The translations under genes were made by a program, and so were the position numbers. Source: Octopus vulgaris (Eukaryota). From it: a stretch of 64,000 nt of DNA. The stretch covers positions 146,320,001 through 146,384,000 of the forward strand of contig OX597815.1 of assembly GCA_951406725.2 (NCBI GenBank), read 5' to 3'. The notes beneath the pieces were generated by a model. The model was not told the DNA's origin. It made no database searches and was given only the letters and a program-made list of their open reading frames with translations. The first letter of the stretch is position 1. Each line of letters begins with the position of its first letter. Shown one piece after another: positions 13,448-25,961 of this stretch.

Positions 13448-14043
13448 CATATATATATATATATGTGTATGTATGTATGTATGTATATGAGAGAGAGAGT
13501 GACAGAGATGAGGGCTGAGAGATGGGGAGATTCAAATCAAGTATATAGGCGCCCTTGTGAAATTTGCAAAGATTCTATCATCAGATACTTGATGCACTAA
13601 AGAGGGAAAATGTAATGGCTACATTCTTGATATTTCTTTTATTTTGCTTCTCTGAATTATTATTCTCATTAATAAGTAAAAAAAAATCACAAATTCTGAA
13701 GGAGAGAAATGATTAAGTAATGAAAATTCTTCATTATTTTGAATATCATGCGTATTCGTAGTTGTAGTAGTAGTAACGTTAATAGCATAGCAGTCGCCGG
13801 TGAGGAAGCATCAGCAGTAACCGACAAAATATTATTTTCAAACAAATTGTATATTAAAATATATCTAGAATAAGTGATAGTTGCGATACATCTATGAAAT
13901 AGCACTTCTTCCTCAGTCTGTTCTTCCCCTATCTTTGCTTATTACAAGATATTTCTCTCTTTTTCTCTTTCTCTCCCTCTGTGTAAGTATGTGTGAATCT
14001 AATCTTTCCCTCCCCTTCTCTCTCATTCCCTCTCACTCTTCAG

Positions 14044-14090
<47 letters not shown>

Positions 14091-14327
14091 AATAAAATAG
14101 AACATATACACATATGCAGAGAGATCGAGACACACACATATATATACATATATGTATGTATACATACACACACAAACGCACACACACATATACATGCACA
14201 TATATAAATATGATTCCTGTTCTGTTTGTTTTCGCCTCTTGCCATTTGTTAAAAATATGCATAATTGTGCGGGCACACACACACACACATAAGCACCGAC
14301 ATATAAAATCATGTGCGAGCATGTATA

Positions 14328-14377
<50 letters not shown>

Positions 14378-14525
14378 TATGCGTATATATATATTTACCT
14401 ATATATAAATAAAAAAATATATATATATACTTATATATCTATATAGTTCTATATATATATACACTCATATATATATGCTTATATATATACATATATACTT
14501 ATATATATATGCTTATATATATATG

Positions 14526-14623
<98 letters not shown>

Positions 14624-14963
14624 TATGCAAATATAGGTACGTATATATGTGCTTATATTATCTTTATTTTATTAGCTATTTATTAGTTTTTGCACCATTT
14701 AATTTCAAGAGACGCTTCAATGGTATATGAGGTTTCAAAATAAAACATTAGTGTGACCTAACAACACGGCCATAATTGCTAAGTCTACTCCGGAAACTAA
14801 TTACTTTCTTATATAACTCTGTGACCATGACTGCTCCAAAATATTTTAATATTGTCGTTTTGAGATGAAGATAAAAAAGGTAAAACTCTGTATACATTTA
14901 TTTACATCTATATAAACACACTCATACTTAAACACTCGTACACACAAATACACACACACATGC

Positions 14964-15024
<61 letters not shown>

Positions 15025-15896
15025 AGTATGTATTATACGTAAATTTTGTTGTATTTGATATGTTTGTATTTTTTGCGTTTTTTTCTATTTTCATCTAAAG
15101 AATAAGTATTATATATGTTTATCATGGAAATTTTAAAGTCGCTGAAGTGATATTTATGCTACTGTGTTTTTAGTTGCCTCTAAACTCACCTTGTAAATTG
15201 AAGAACCAAAAATAAAAAAAAATAAAAAAATAAGTAGAGAAATCTATCTTGAAATAAAGCAATCAGATATAAGTATAGTGTCACGTATTTACCTATATTG
15301 TTGTTGTTATTATTCTTATTGCTGCTTGTTTTTCATTTCTATTCTGTTTATGTTTACTTATTACTTATATCTCAATTTTACTTTACATATATTTTTCGTA
15401 TGTTTTTTTCTTCTCTTTTTCGTGTTTGTTTATAGTCTTCTTTCAATTTCACTAACAAGAGTTATTTGTTCTGAAACTCATTTCCAGTTAATTTACGTGA
15501 AAAGAAACTAATGATATATATTTAAAGTGATTATCAATGCAATATGCGCTCGAATATTTCTGGTAAGATCCTGTGTGAGTTAACCATCATCAGGTTCAGT
15601 TCTCTGATGCGAAGCACTGTTTCACTTGGACTTTCTGCTAAAAAAAATAATCCTAAATGATAAAGAAATAAATTGCAGTTTTCATCTACCATTACTAATT
15701 TGTAAGTCGTCGGGTGGCGTGTCTTGGAATATGATCGACGACCGACAGATTTTCACAGTCTCCTTAGTGGTAGAAGATGGTGTGTGCACATCAATCAACA
15801 GCATTCAGACAGGCCACTTGCTAAACATAACTGAAGAGGAGCCATAACCATACGGCCTATATAGTCACGAGATTTTGACACGACGTGAGAAATTAT

Positions 15897-16147
15897 ATAT
15901 ATATAATAAATATTAGGGAATAAGTCCAAATTTACAGGGAAAAATCAGATTTAGGATTAAATCCAATTTTATAGTAAAATATTATATAATATAATTCGAG
16001 ACAAAACGACTACTTTGCAAAACAAACAAGGAAAGACTTAATACATAAACATTTTTAATATAAAGAAATAAACCGCCACTACAATCGTTTCAATGACATT
16101 CGTCAGGTGGACTTTCGATCTCCTAATCTGTTTTAATAGAAAAAAAG

Positions 16148-16150
<3 letters not shown>
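15897..16150 (-). mobile_element. Short HHR-bearing element between (TA)n tracts
   Basis: About 250 bp of non-microsatellite sequence bounded by (TA)n on both sides, containing the HHR at 16076-16110. Confidence 0.6.
16076..16110 (-). ncRNA. Minimal type I hammerhead ribozyme
   Basis: Minus strand: ccac CTGACGA atgtcatt GAAAC gatt GTA gtgg. Stem I ccac/gtgg, stem III ac-gatt-gt, stem II rudimentary. Confidence 0.7.
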
Positions 16151-16199
<49 letters not shown>

Positions 16200-16215
16200 C
16201 GCAGGAGTGGACAAA

Positions 16216-16248
<33 letters not shown>

Positions 16249-16252
<4 letters not shown>

Positions 16253-16552
16253 CGCAGGAGTGCCTGTGTGGTAAGTAGCTTGCTAACCAACCACATGGTT
16301 CCAGGTTCAGTCCCACTGCGTGGCATCTTGGGCAAGTGTCTTCTGCTATAGCCTCGGGCCGACCAATGCCTTGTGAGTGGATTTGGTAGACGGAAACTGA
16401 AAGAAGCCTGTCGGATATATGTATATATATATATGTATGTTTGTGTGTCTGTGTTTGTCCCCCTAGCATTGCTTGACAACCGATGCTGGTGTGTTTATGT
16501 CCCCGCTACTTAGCGGTTCGGCAAAAAGAGACCGATAGAATAAGTACTGGAC
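16249..16552 (+). mobile_element. CORE-type tRNA-derived SINE, family B, 3'-truncated
   Basis: Head ggcgcaggagtg.ctgtgtggtaag...ggttcagtccc, CORE-like ggcatcttgggcaagtgtcttct, internal (TA)n/(TG)n tract. Confidence 0.85.
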
Positions 16553-16560
16553 ATACTGGA

Positions 16561-17078
16561 AAGCAAATGGTTATGAAATACATTCATAAACACCCATTCA
16601 AGGAATACTGGTAGAATATTCTCATCAAAACTTCTATCAAATGTAAGTATAACAGGCCGGATATTGTTGTTTGAAATAGAGGGGCAAATGTATGTATCAT
16701 TATAGAGGTTAGACGCCCTGCAGATATAAATATCTGTTTGAAAATCAAAGAAAAAGAGATATCTATGGACAACTGTTTCAAAACCTCCAGCTTCTATATC
16801 CAGACTACGAATTCATATTCATACGAATAATAATTGGAGCACAAGTTTTTGTTAGTAAATGCTTAAAAGTGAATCTGGATAAACTGGGATATTTAGAAAG
16901 AGAAATTGACCGTCTGATTCGTACATTACAAGTCCAATCTTTGAATGGAACAGTAAAAATTTGCAAGACTTTCTTCAAGTTCTAAATGTGAATTTGTCCG
17001 TGTTAACTACATCCCAAAGAGCCTTGTATCTTTGTTGGAAACGGGCTCCCTCCTCCTAAATTTATAATAATTAAAAAA
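16561..17078 (+). mobile_element. 3' end of an R4/Dong-clade non-LTR retrotransposon (REL endonuclease pseudogene plus 3' UTR)
   Basis: Manual translation from 16561: KEYW*NILIKTSIKCKYNRPDIVV*NRGANVCIIIEVRRPADINICLKIKEKE/IYGQLFQNLQLLYPDYEFIFIRIIIGA...GTVKICKTFFKF*(16985). This carries the PD...E..P...K..Y motif of REL endonucleases, with two stops and one frameshift, and an A/TAA-rich tail. Confidence 0.85.
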
Positions 17079-18364
17079 CAGAAGATACATACATATATAC
17101 ATAAAAGTCATACATATATACATAAAAATACAGGCATATATAAGACTACATAAAGAAACACCTTAACATATGCGACAGGCTATCCCACCGTTTCCGCTGC
17201 CAAACTTCTCACTAAGCACTAGTTGCTCAAGGTTCGACACACTGAAGCTACCTCCAAAATCAGGTGGTGATGAAACGGATTTCTAAACCACACATCATTC
17301 ACATCTAGACGTATGTGCGTGTGTGTGTTCCATATCAAAATACATTTATAAAGACATACGCGTGTGTGTGTATATACATATGTATATATCATATGTGTGT
17401 CTGTGTATGTATATATGTATGTATGTGTTTGTGCGTGCGTGCACATTCTTTTTAAGGATTTTCATGTAATACTTGCTAAATGTTTTCTATTATTTTATAA
17501 TATACAATCATTCCATCGGATGAAATTCTATAAGCTTTGATTCGAAACGTCATATAACTATTCTAAGTCTACACTCTGGTATTTTTACGGATATGAAATT
17601 GTAGTTTGTTTCAATTTATATTTCATTGTACAACAACATTATTGTTTCAAACGTACTTTACCTAAACTTCCAATATCATGTCTACAATAAAAACTATATA
17701 ACCCGTTTGGTATAGGAAATTTGCAACATTCTCATTTCATTGTTTTAGCTACATTAGCAATGATTGTACGTTATCCGTGTGAGCAGGATTAAATTAACAG
17801 GGATATGTTGGCACGCTACATAGAATAAATGACAATATCACTAAATCCAGTATACTACTGGTCGTATTTTAATTGTTAGCTGCTGAGCTATTGGGAACAT
17901 CCTACCTTATATGTTGTACCACGAGATTTTGATTTATTTCCATTGAATTCATAGTAATAAATCCTGTTTATATTTTTCTCTCCAATTAGGCTTTCGATTC
18001 ACATAATTAACGTGGTGTTATTTATGCTCACATTTTTACCAATAAATTCCATAATTCCATAATGAGTTTAATAATTAACTTCTCTATGCGAAAGGTCTAT
18101 ATGTTGTTTAGAAATTATATTCCCTAATTACTAATTGCATAAAAAATATAAATATTTAAAAGAAAAAAAAGAAAACAACTCTCTGGCTTCGCTCTTTAAG
18201 CATGTCATAAAGGGACATGCAGTGAAATGTTTATAGAGATAATTTCATTAGACGAAACAAAAGTTCCTATGTGCAAGCGATAAAGTTTTCAATGGTTGCC
18301 CGCAATAGAGTCATGGCATGATCTGTCTTAAACAGTACTTATCTATCTAGATTGATAGATCGAC

Positions 18365-18426
<62 letters not shown>

Positions 18427-19277
18427 ATTTGTGTGTGTGTGTGTGTTTGTGAGTGTGCGCGTGTGTGTGTGAGCGTGAGAGAGAGATTTGGAGCACAGAG
18501 TAAAAATGGAACCCAATAGATGAATATACATTCAATTTGATTGCCAGATAGTTACAAAAGAGACTCAGGAACAAGAGTTTATTGCATCGCACACGCGCAT
18601 ATATGCAGATACGCGTGTTTACGAATATGTGTAGATGCTATGCTCAAATGGTTAAAAAGTTGGTGTTTTAGTTGGAAGATTTAAAGTCGACCCAATCGTT
18701 TTGAGTTGAATTTGCATAGTCGGAAACAGGAAGTGTGTCAGAATGCAAATGCAATTAAAAGACCCAACCTCAAGCTGTTTTACGTTGGTTGTGCATGAAT
18801 AGTAAACTGAACACGTGTTGTGAAATACGCCGCCACTTAAACATTAATCAATGAGAGACTCCTTTAGGAGATCGAAGATTTGAAAACTCAGAAATTGTAA
18901 CATTGATTGATTGATCCATGCATGCATACACCATTTCGGCAAGCTTATGTGCACATACATGGTGTCTGTGTGTGTGTGTGTGTGTGTACACAATACATAT
19001 GCGTATATATGCATATGTAAGTTTATTTTATACTAGCGGGACCCATGAATATTTCACGAAATTAATGGTAAACCTATAGGATTATTTTTGAAAACTTTAT
19101 CCAAAAACCTTGAAAGTGTTGTCTGTGTTATGTCTGTATGGAAAAGTAGTCGTTCATCTGCAACTCATTAAAAAGTGAAAGAGACTGGAATATAATGATT
19201 ACTTATTTTTTTATACTTTTACTTGTTTCAATCATTTGACTGCGGCCATGCTGGAGCACCGCTTTAAAATGTATGTG

Positions 19278-19380
19278 CCTCTTTGGCGGGGAATCAGACT
19301 CCGGTCTCCCGCTTCACAGGCGGAGAAACGAACTCCGGTCTCCCGTGCGAAAGGCGGAGATAATACACTCTATATACTTT
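19278..19380 (-). pseudogene. tRNA-Asp-derived pseudogene with an internal 34-bp tandem duplication
   Basis: Minus strand resembles eukaryotic tRNA-Asp (...atccccgcctgtcacgcgggagaccggggttcgattccccg...). The anticodon-to-T-arm block occurs twice (19298-19327, 19332-19361). The acceptor stem is degraded. Confidence 0.75.
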
Positions 19381-19810
19381 GTGCACAATTTTATGGACTT
19401 AATACAGAGCACTCATAAAATAAACATTCACTCTTATTTTTCGATTTTTCCCATAAAAGAAAAAAAAAACATAATTGCCGTTCATAGTTAAATTGCATAT
19501 ATCTGGCACACAAAGAAGCGTGAATATTTCACGGAATTGCACTTGTGTGAATGCATTATGTGATATGTGATATAAAATTTTTAGTTCAATTGCAAAGAAA
19601 AAAATACAATTCTCTGTAATGTAGCAGTTTGGAAAAGAGACAGATAAAATAAGTATCAAACTTTAAAAAAAATAGATGGTTCGATTCGTTCAACTAAAAC
19701 ACTTTAAGTAGGTGCCTAAGTATGGCCGAAGTCTAATGACTGAAGTACATAAAAAAATACATAAGCGCCTGTATATACAAATAATATATATGTTTACATG
19801 AGAATGGTGA

Positions 19811-19864
<54 letters not shown>

Positions 19865-21056
19865 GTGTGTGTACGTACACACACAAGGCTAAGCGTATTA
19901 AAAAGTGTCCGTGGGAAAACTCATTTGAATAAAAGGGTTGGGAACTACTGTGTTACAGCAATGCTCCAAACATACCTGTAGTCTTTTATGGGTGCTGCTA
20001 CGGGGGCTACATGCCGACTACAGATAGCTGGATCCTTTATCTCTCTCTCTCTTCTAAGTAGTCATTATTCCATTTGTGATCATAAATGTGTCTGTTTATA
20101 AATCTTAAACTGTCCCTAAAACACATCACTATTGATGTAATTCTTTTTTCTGTAGAGGAATATATTTAAAGCGTTTGGCAATGTTTTTGCATTCACACCG
20201 AAAGTCCTTCAGGTTTCGATAACCTAGTGTTATGTTTAATATGGCATTCTAAACCTAAATTAATACTGCTTTTAGTTTACCTAAATTCAAGTCATATTTC
20301 TCCTTATTTATCAGAAAGCAATGATGAACATATGCCACTTATAGAGACATCTAGATCTAGTGGAGGAGATAAAAACAAATAACCTATGCTCAATACTCAG
20401 ATATGGCCCGAAGGCTTTGCAACACTGGGTAATCGTTTAAAACGCATAAGATGCAAAGTGTTGTTAAAGTGGTCGATCGATTAAGTCTACCACCAAAACT
20501 TGACCGAAACGAGATTTGAACGCAGTTCTTAGGACCAGAAGAAATACTCGAAAAATATTCTCCATCATTTCAGAACAGAAATCCGAAGAAGTATGATGTT
20601 TGTTCTACGTAGCAGACTTTCATGCCAAACTTATGTATTTTCTTGTAGCTATTTACTTAGGTGGGACATAAATGATAGTTGTCACCAAATTAGTGTATTG
20701 GAGAATTTGAACTCAAAATGCAAAATACCACAACAGATACCCAAAATGTGTTATAGTCAAAACTCCACAAATTCACCGGGAATTTCCTACATTAGATGTT
20801 TTCATACTTAGATTTCAAACATTCTTGTCTCAGATTTCTCAGATGGAGCAGAGATAAGAGGTGAGTACTCGTCCAGTACTTGATGAGATTACACAAAATC
20901 TCCGCTTTACATCTATGCTTTGCAACAATGCGGTTCAGTCATGCGATTCACGTTAAATAAGTGTACTTTGTAGCAACGGGCAGACGAATGCCTTGGGCGT
21001 ACACAGAAACTGGAAGCGGTATGTATATATAGTTACCAAATTGCGATTGTGTTACA

Positions 21057-21110
21057 GCAGTGGTTTCCAACGTGGGGTCCGCGGACCTTTGGTTATCCGC
21101 AAAGCCACTA
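21057..21110 (+). mobile_element. hAT-type MITE terminus (fragment)
   Basis: cagtggtttccaacgtggggtccgcggacc is typical of CAGTGGTTCCCAAC hAT ends. An opposite-end-like fragment (aagggttgggaactactg) lies at 19933-19950. Confidence 0.5.
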
Positions 21111-21121
21111 AACATTAAAAA

Positions 21122-21282
21122 AATTTTCTCTCTCTGCTTATTTCTGTGTTCCTTTCTGTTGAAGAGGGTAGGCTCGAAGCGTAAAAGACTTTCTCACTTC
21201 CCGAGCGTTAAACTAATACATATGCTTGTTGTTTACACACCCATCTTTTGTTTTGATTCTTTGTGAATTCCAACTATATATA
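21122..21282 (+). mobile_element. H1-family minimal-HHR element, degenerate core
   Basis: cttt ctgttga a gagg gtag gctc gaagc gta aaag at 21152-21187. Closely similar to 63686-63880 in reverse. Confidence 0.65.
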
Positions 21283-21779
21283 TGTGTGTGTGAGTGTGTG
21301 TCTGTGTTTTTTATGTGTGTGTGTGTGTGTTGCTGTTTGTTCAGACCACCCACACCCTGTATTGTTTCGTTTAAGTTTTATAACATTGTAATTCAACAAA
21401 ACATGAAAACCGAGGCTAATTTGTTGTACTGAACTCGCCAAAGATGTGTCCCAGCATAGCCACAGTGTATTAACAAGTAAACGACAGAAACAAAACGGAA
21501 GGAAATAAAAAGAAAGCATTAAATACAAGAAACTAATATTTCAATATTTCAATATCTTCATATTACAGTTGTGTTAGATTAACCTCGCCAGTGAATAGTC
21601 AATGACTGCTGCGGTACAAGGGCTTTTATGTTACAATTTATAGTTCATTTATTGGCTTAGGACCATAAAAATATCTGAAAATTTTACAAAACTCTTTGCT
21701 TTTGTAGTTGGCTTAGAAGATTCTTGATGGAGTAACACTAAAGATGTTATATTTAACTAGTACATGTGTTAATAATTGT

Positions 21780-22208
21780 TTCAAAATTTTGCCAGAAGGG
21801 CAGCTTGGAAGCAATGGGGATGAATCCGTTACAATGACCCAAGTGTTCAACTGGAATTTATTTTATCGACCCCGAAAGGATGAAAGGCAAAGTCGAATTT
21901 GAACTCGAAACGTGGTGATGTGCGACATAAGGCTAAGCATTTCAACCAGCGTACTAACGATTCTGCCGGGTCGCCGCCTTAATGCGTGTGTTGATCCTTT
22001 CTTCTATAAGCACAAGGCCTGAAAGTGTGGGGAGAGGACTAGTCGATTAATTCGACCCCAGTGTTTCACTAGTACTTATTTTATAGATCTCGAAATGATG
22101 AAAGTTAAAGTCAACCTTGGTGGAATTTGAACTCAACGTAGTGATGGATGAAATACCACTAAGCATTTCGTCCGGTGGGCTAACGTTTCTGCCAACACGC
22201 TGTCTTAT
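21780..22208 (-). mobile_element. Two head-to-tail family A SINEs
   Basis: Copies at about 21780-21981 and 21995-22208, both with atcgaccccgaaaggatgaaaggcaaagtc-like cores. Confidence 0.85.
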
Positions 22209-23562
22209 CGTGCGTGTGTTAATAATATCGGTGTAATAACCCTCTCAAGACATTGCAAAATGTCTTTCCAGTATCGAAACAATGATTTTCATTAAATTCG
22301 AAACCAGCCAGCTGTGATTTCAGTTGTATAGTTTCAACAATACAAACATTTAAAGATGTAAGGAGGTACAGTCTTTATTTTTATTAATTTTGGTTACTAA
22401 AAAGTTAATTCAAAATATTTCAAATTTCGAATTAGTATTTCATAGATATTTCCGTTCTAATAATACGATTGGTAAGAAAGATTTTTGAGTTAATAAACAA
22501 TAATAACTATAATGCGATAACTAGCAAGTAGAAGGTAAAAAAGGAAAACATGAAACTTATAGAATTTTACAGATTAATATTAATAATTTATTTCTACGTC
22601 CAAAAAATAATGTTTTGTTCTCATAACGAGTGGCTAGCTTTGTGCTATAAAATATTTATACGGCAATAAATAGTGTTTTTAAACATGAATTTAAGAAGCT
22701 GCCAATTCTATATCAGGCTGTAAATTATTTGAAAGAAAAAAGAAAAGACTCTTTCTTCTATTTTACATTGTCTGTATCATTCATTCTTGTTATATTTTTT
22801 ATTGGTCTTTCATGATTTACTGTTGTCAAGAAATAAAAAATAGAGACAATACCTGCTTGCGGCTATAACTGAGGCAAATAAGAGAACAAGACAGGATGAA
22901 TATAAAAATGACGTTAGTCTCAAACTTATTTCGTAGTAATAAAAGAGGAAAAAATAACAACAAAACAACTAATTTATCCTCAACAGCAAACTAGAAAAAT
23001 ATTTAATTTTTAAAATATTTGGTATGATAAGAGAGTAAAAACTCTATTCAGTATCGTTTATTCAAACTGGAAACAAAGAGAATGCTTGACGCAAGTCAAT
23101 TATATCCTTCGTCTATAAATAATGTTTATTCTTAATGATGGAAACAAAAGAAAAATTAAAGACAAAATCACATCCACAATAAATTGAACATAATTGAAAC
23201 GTACAGTGATATCATCTTAGTTACGAAAACAAACCTGCTAATTTCGATATGCGCTGATGATAATGAGACCCAAAACTGGGAATACAAAAGAAAGGTTCGC
23301 ATTTATGTAATGTGTCTAGTGAAAGTAAAACATGGAGAATTTGTAAACTATAACTTTTATTCATTCGTTATTCACAAAACAATAAATGGTACTCATTGCC
23401 TTTTAAAGTCGCCACCAGATAAATGAGCTCTCTCAAATAACTTAATGTTATGAGAGGTGAGTGAGGTTGGACGGTAATTCACGGCAAGGGATTTGTTTCC
23501 TTTTTTAAAAACTGGGACAACAGACTGGGATAGGTTTTCTGGTATATATCTAGCATCCAGTA

Positions 23563-23901
23563 CTAGTAGTAGTAGGCAGAGGAAATGATGTTGACTGGTG
23601 ATGATTGAGCTACTGGAGCAGTGAAAGAAAGGGGTGGTGCTTCCTGCTGTGAGACCCTGTCAACCGTTCCGTTTAACAAATCGGCCATTGTATATGAATC
23701 AAGCGGTTCATACTGTTGTCGTTGTTGTTGAGGTTGTTGCTGATGCTGCTGAAGTTGTTGTTGTTGCTGTAGTTGTTTTTGTTGCCGCTGAGGTTGTTGT
23801 TGAGGTTGTTGTTGTTGATGTTGCTGAAGTTGTTGTTGTTGTTGCGCCGGTGATGCGTTCGAAGAGAAAACACATCTCAGTTTATCTGCCTGTCTTGCTA
23901 C
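23563..23901 (-). CDS. Candidate terminal exon (or fragment) of a poly-glutamine protein
   Basis: Stop-to-stop open frame of 112 aa absent from the ORF track: ...SSNASPAQQQQQLQQHQQQQPQQQPQRQQKQLQQQQQLQQHQQQPQQQRQQYEPLDSYTMADLLNGTVDRVSQQEAPPLSFTAPVAQSSPVNIISSAYYY*. No upstream ATG and no clear splice acceptor. Confidence 0.4.
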   Translation of the reverse strand, partial: VARQADKLRCVFSSNASPAQQQQQLQQHQQQQPQQQPQRQQKQLQQQQQLQQHQQQPQQQRQQYEPLDSYTMADLLNGTVDRVSQQEAPPLSFTAPVAQSSPVNIISSAYYY

Positions 23902-24538
23902 TTACCTACGTACCTACCTATCTACCTATGCATGTATGTACGTACGTCACATAATCATGTCTCTATTACTTTTTCATAGCGTTTTGTATAGGAAGTTTGA
24001 AGACATTTTACAACTCGAATGAGGCACTCGATGCTGATTAAAATGAAAAATTCTTCATTTGACTATGATTTTAGTATGTAATTTAGTTCCCGAGTAAATA
24101 TTATTAATGTAACTATTGATAGTGGCTCACATTTTCCGTTTTATAATTTGAAATGGCAGACATCACTCGAAGAATGAACTAAATTTTAAAATCAAAATGG
24201 AATGAATGCAATCGGAAACCTCTCAACACAATAATTTATTTAAGATATGCGCCGTTCAACCAAATAAACTTACTGGAATGTCCATGCGGTTGAAAGATAA
24301 TTTCTTGAACGTCTTGTTTCTTTAGCTTTTTGGAATATTTTGATTTGCTAGAAAATTATCTAAATAAGTTGAAAGCAACGTCAGTGCTTTCGAAGGTTGT
24401 GATAAGGTGGAGGTGTTAAAATATTTAATTTAGAGCTAAACAAGATCTGGATGAAGTGTTATATCCTGGATACAATGTAAGATTATTTCACTTCCTGACA
24501 GCAGATTAACAGCAATATTAAAGGTCTTGTGTGTCTGG

Positions 24539-24639
<101 letters not shown>

Positions 24640-25059
24640 TGTGTGTGGCATTCTATATTACTTCAATACAGGATCTAAACCAGGCCTTGCTGGGTCTCTT
24701 CTGACCGTCCATATCATTTCACAATGTTGTCAGATCAGATTTCTTTGAGATACTTTCTATTGAATCCGAAGTATATTAACAATGATCAATCAATTAATCT
24801 TGTTCACGTACGAAATCATATTTATATTATCCTTTCTCATTCTAGTAGTTTTATGTATAACGCAGTAACGCTAATGTGTTCATTTCATCGCAATAAACGA
24901 GCGATTCTACCGTTTCATTGATGTTAGATTATCATAGGCGCTGGAGGTATAGATTAGCTGAATAAGCTACAGATTAACAGCGAGTTGTATCACGTAACAG
25001 GGAAATCACATCTCAGAAAATGCTTTTAAGGTTTTATTTTATTTTAAATTATGCAGTTA

Positions 25060-25111
<52 letters not shown>

Positions 25112-25662
25112 ATAATAAATTAAAAAGGATTAGGAAATGATTATTCTAATGAAAACGTGTATTTAGGGTAATTATGATTTGCATTAAGATTATTAAAAAC
25201 ATATTATAGATACAAGAATTTGCATTGGCCTCGTGCTTATAAAGTGAAACTAAGTATGGAAAATTTTACAGATCACAAGTTATTGTCTACAATCACGTTG
25301 TAGCAACCTCTGCAACGACATGGATGACCGACGGTATTAAAGCTCTCTTATTTGGAAAACATTCATAACTGGAGGAGTAAGACATCGCGAAAATTACAAT
25401 TGTTGATATTTCATATGAACCTGATGAGAATAATCTTTGGAAAGGTCAACTGATTTATGTCTCACTGTGACATCGCAGCTGGGGAATATTGCATTCTATT
25501 GGTTACAACTTACAATTTCGAGGTTCAGCTGCATTCATTAGAAATTTGTATTTTGAAGTAAAAGAGATCTTTGCTTTGACATTAAATCAAAATACTGCGT
25601 GGGTTATGTTTATATTGGTATAACATTATTATTATTAAGGTCTAATATATATATATATATAT

Positions 25663-25961
25663 GTGGAGGCGCAATGACCCAGTGGTTAGGGCAGCGGACT
25701 CGCGGTCGTAGGATCGCTGTTTTGATTCCCAGACCGGGCGTTGTGAGTGTTTATTGAGCGAAAACATCTAAAGCTCCACGAGGCTCCGGCAGGGGATGGT
25801 GGCGATCCCTGCTGTACTCTTTCGCCACAACTTTCTCTCACTCTTTCTTCTGTGTGCCTGCTCACTTAACCATTTGATGGCTAAAACAATGCGAAGCGCA
25901 TTGTGACCAGCGATGTGTAGCAACATCTGATAGCCTGGTCGGTCACGGTGATCACGATGAT
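25663..25961 (+). mobile_element. tRNA(Arg)-like-head SINE, family C (octopus OR-type)
   Basis: ggaggcgcaatgacccagtggttagggcagcggactcgcggtcgtaggatcg...gattcccagaccggg head, (tcacggtga)-type tail, inserted in (TA)n. A head fragment also occurs at 39697-39752. Confidence 0.8.

Noticed and set aside
10729-15094. Many 60-180 aa ORFs rich in YI, CV, HT or LSIY (also throughout the window)
   Set aside because: They are translations of (TA)n, (TG)n, (TATG)n and (TATC)n microsatellites.
15550-15600. Minus-strand CTGATGA tggt...acca GAAAT (similar weak motifs at about 10680 and 44355)
   Set aside because: Stem I or GAAAC is not supported. These may be very old HHR relics but cannot be called.
20157-20870. 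Possible plus-strand micro-exons (ag|...|gt at about 20157-20211 and 20833-20860)
   Set aside because: Frames do not join into a coherent peptide, and such sites are expected by chance.
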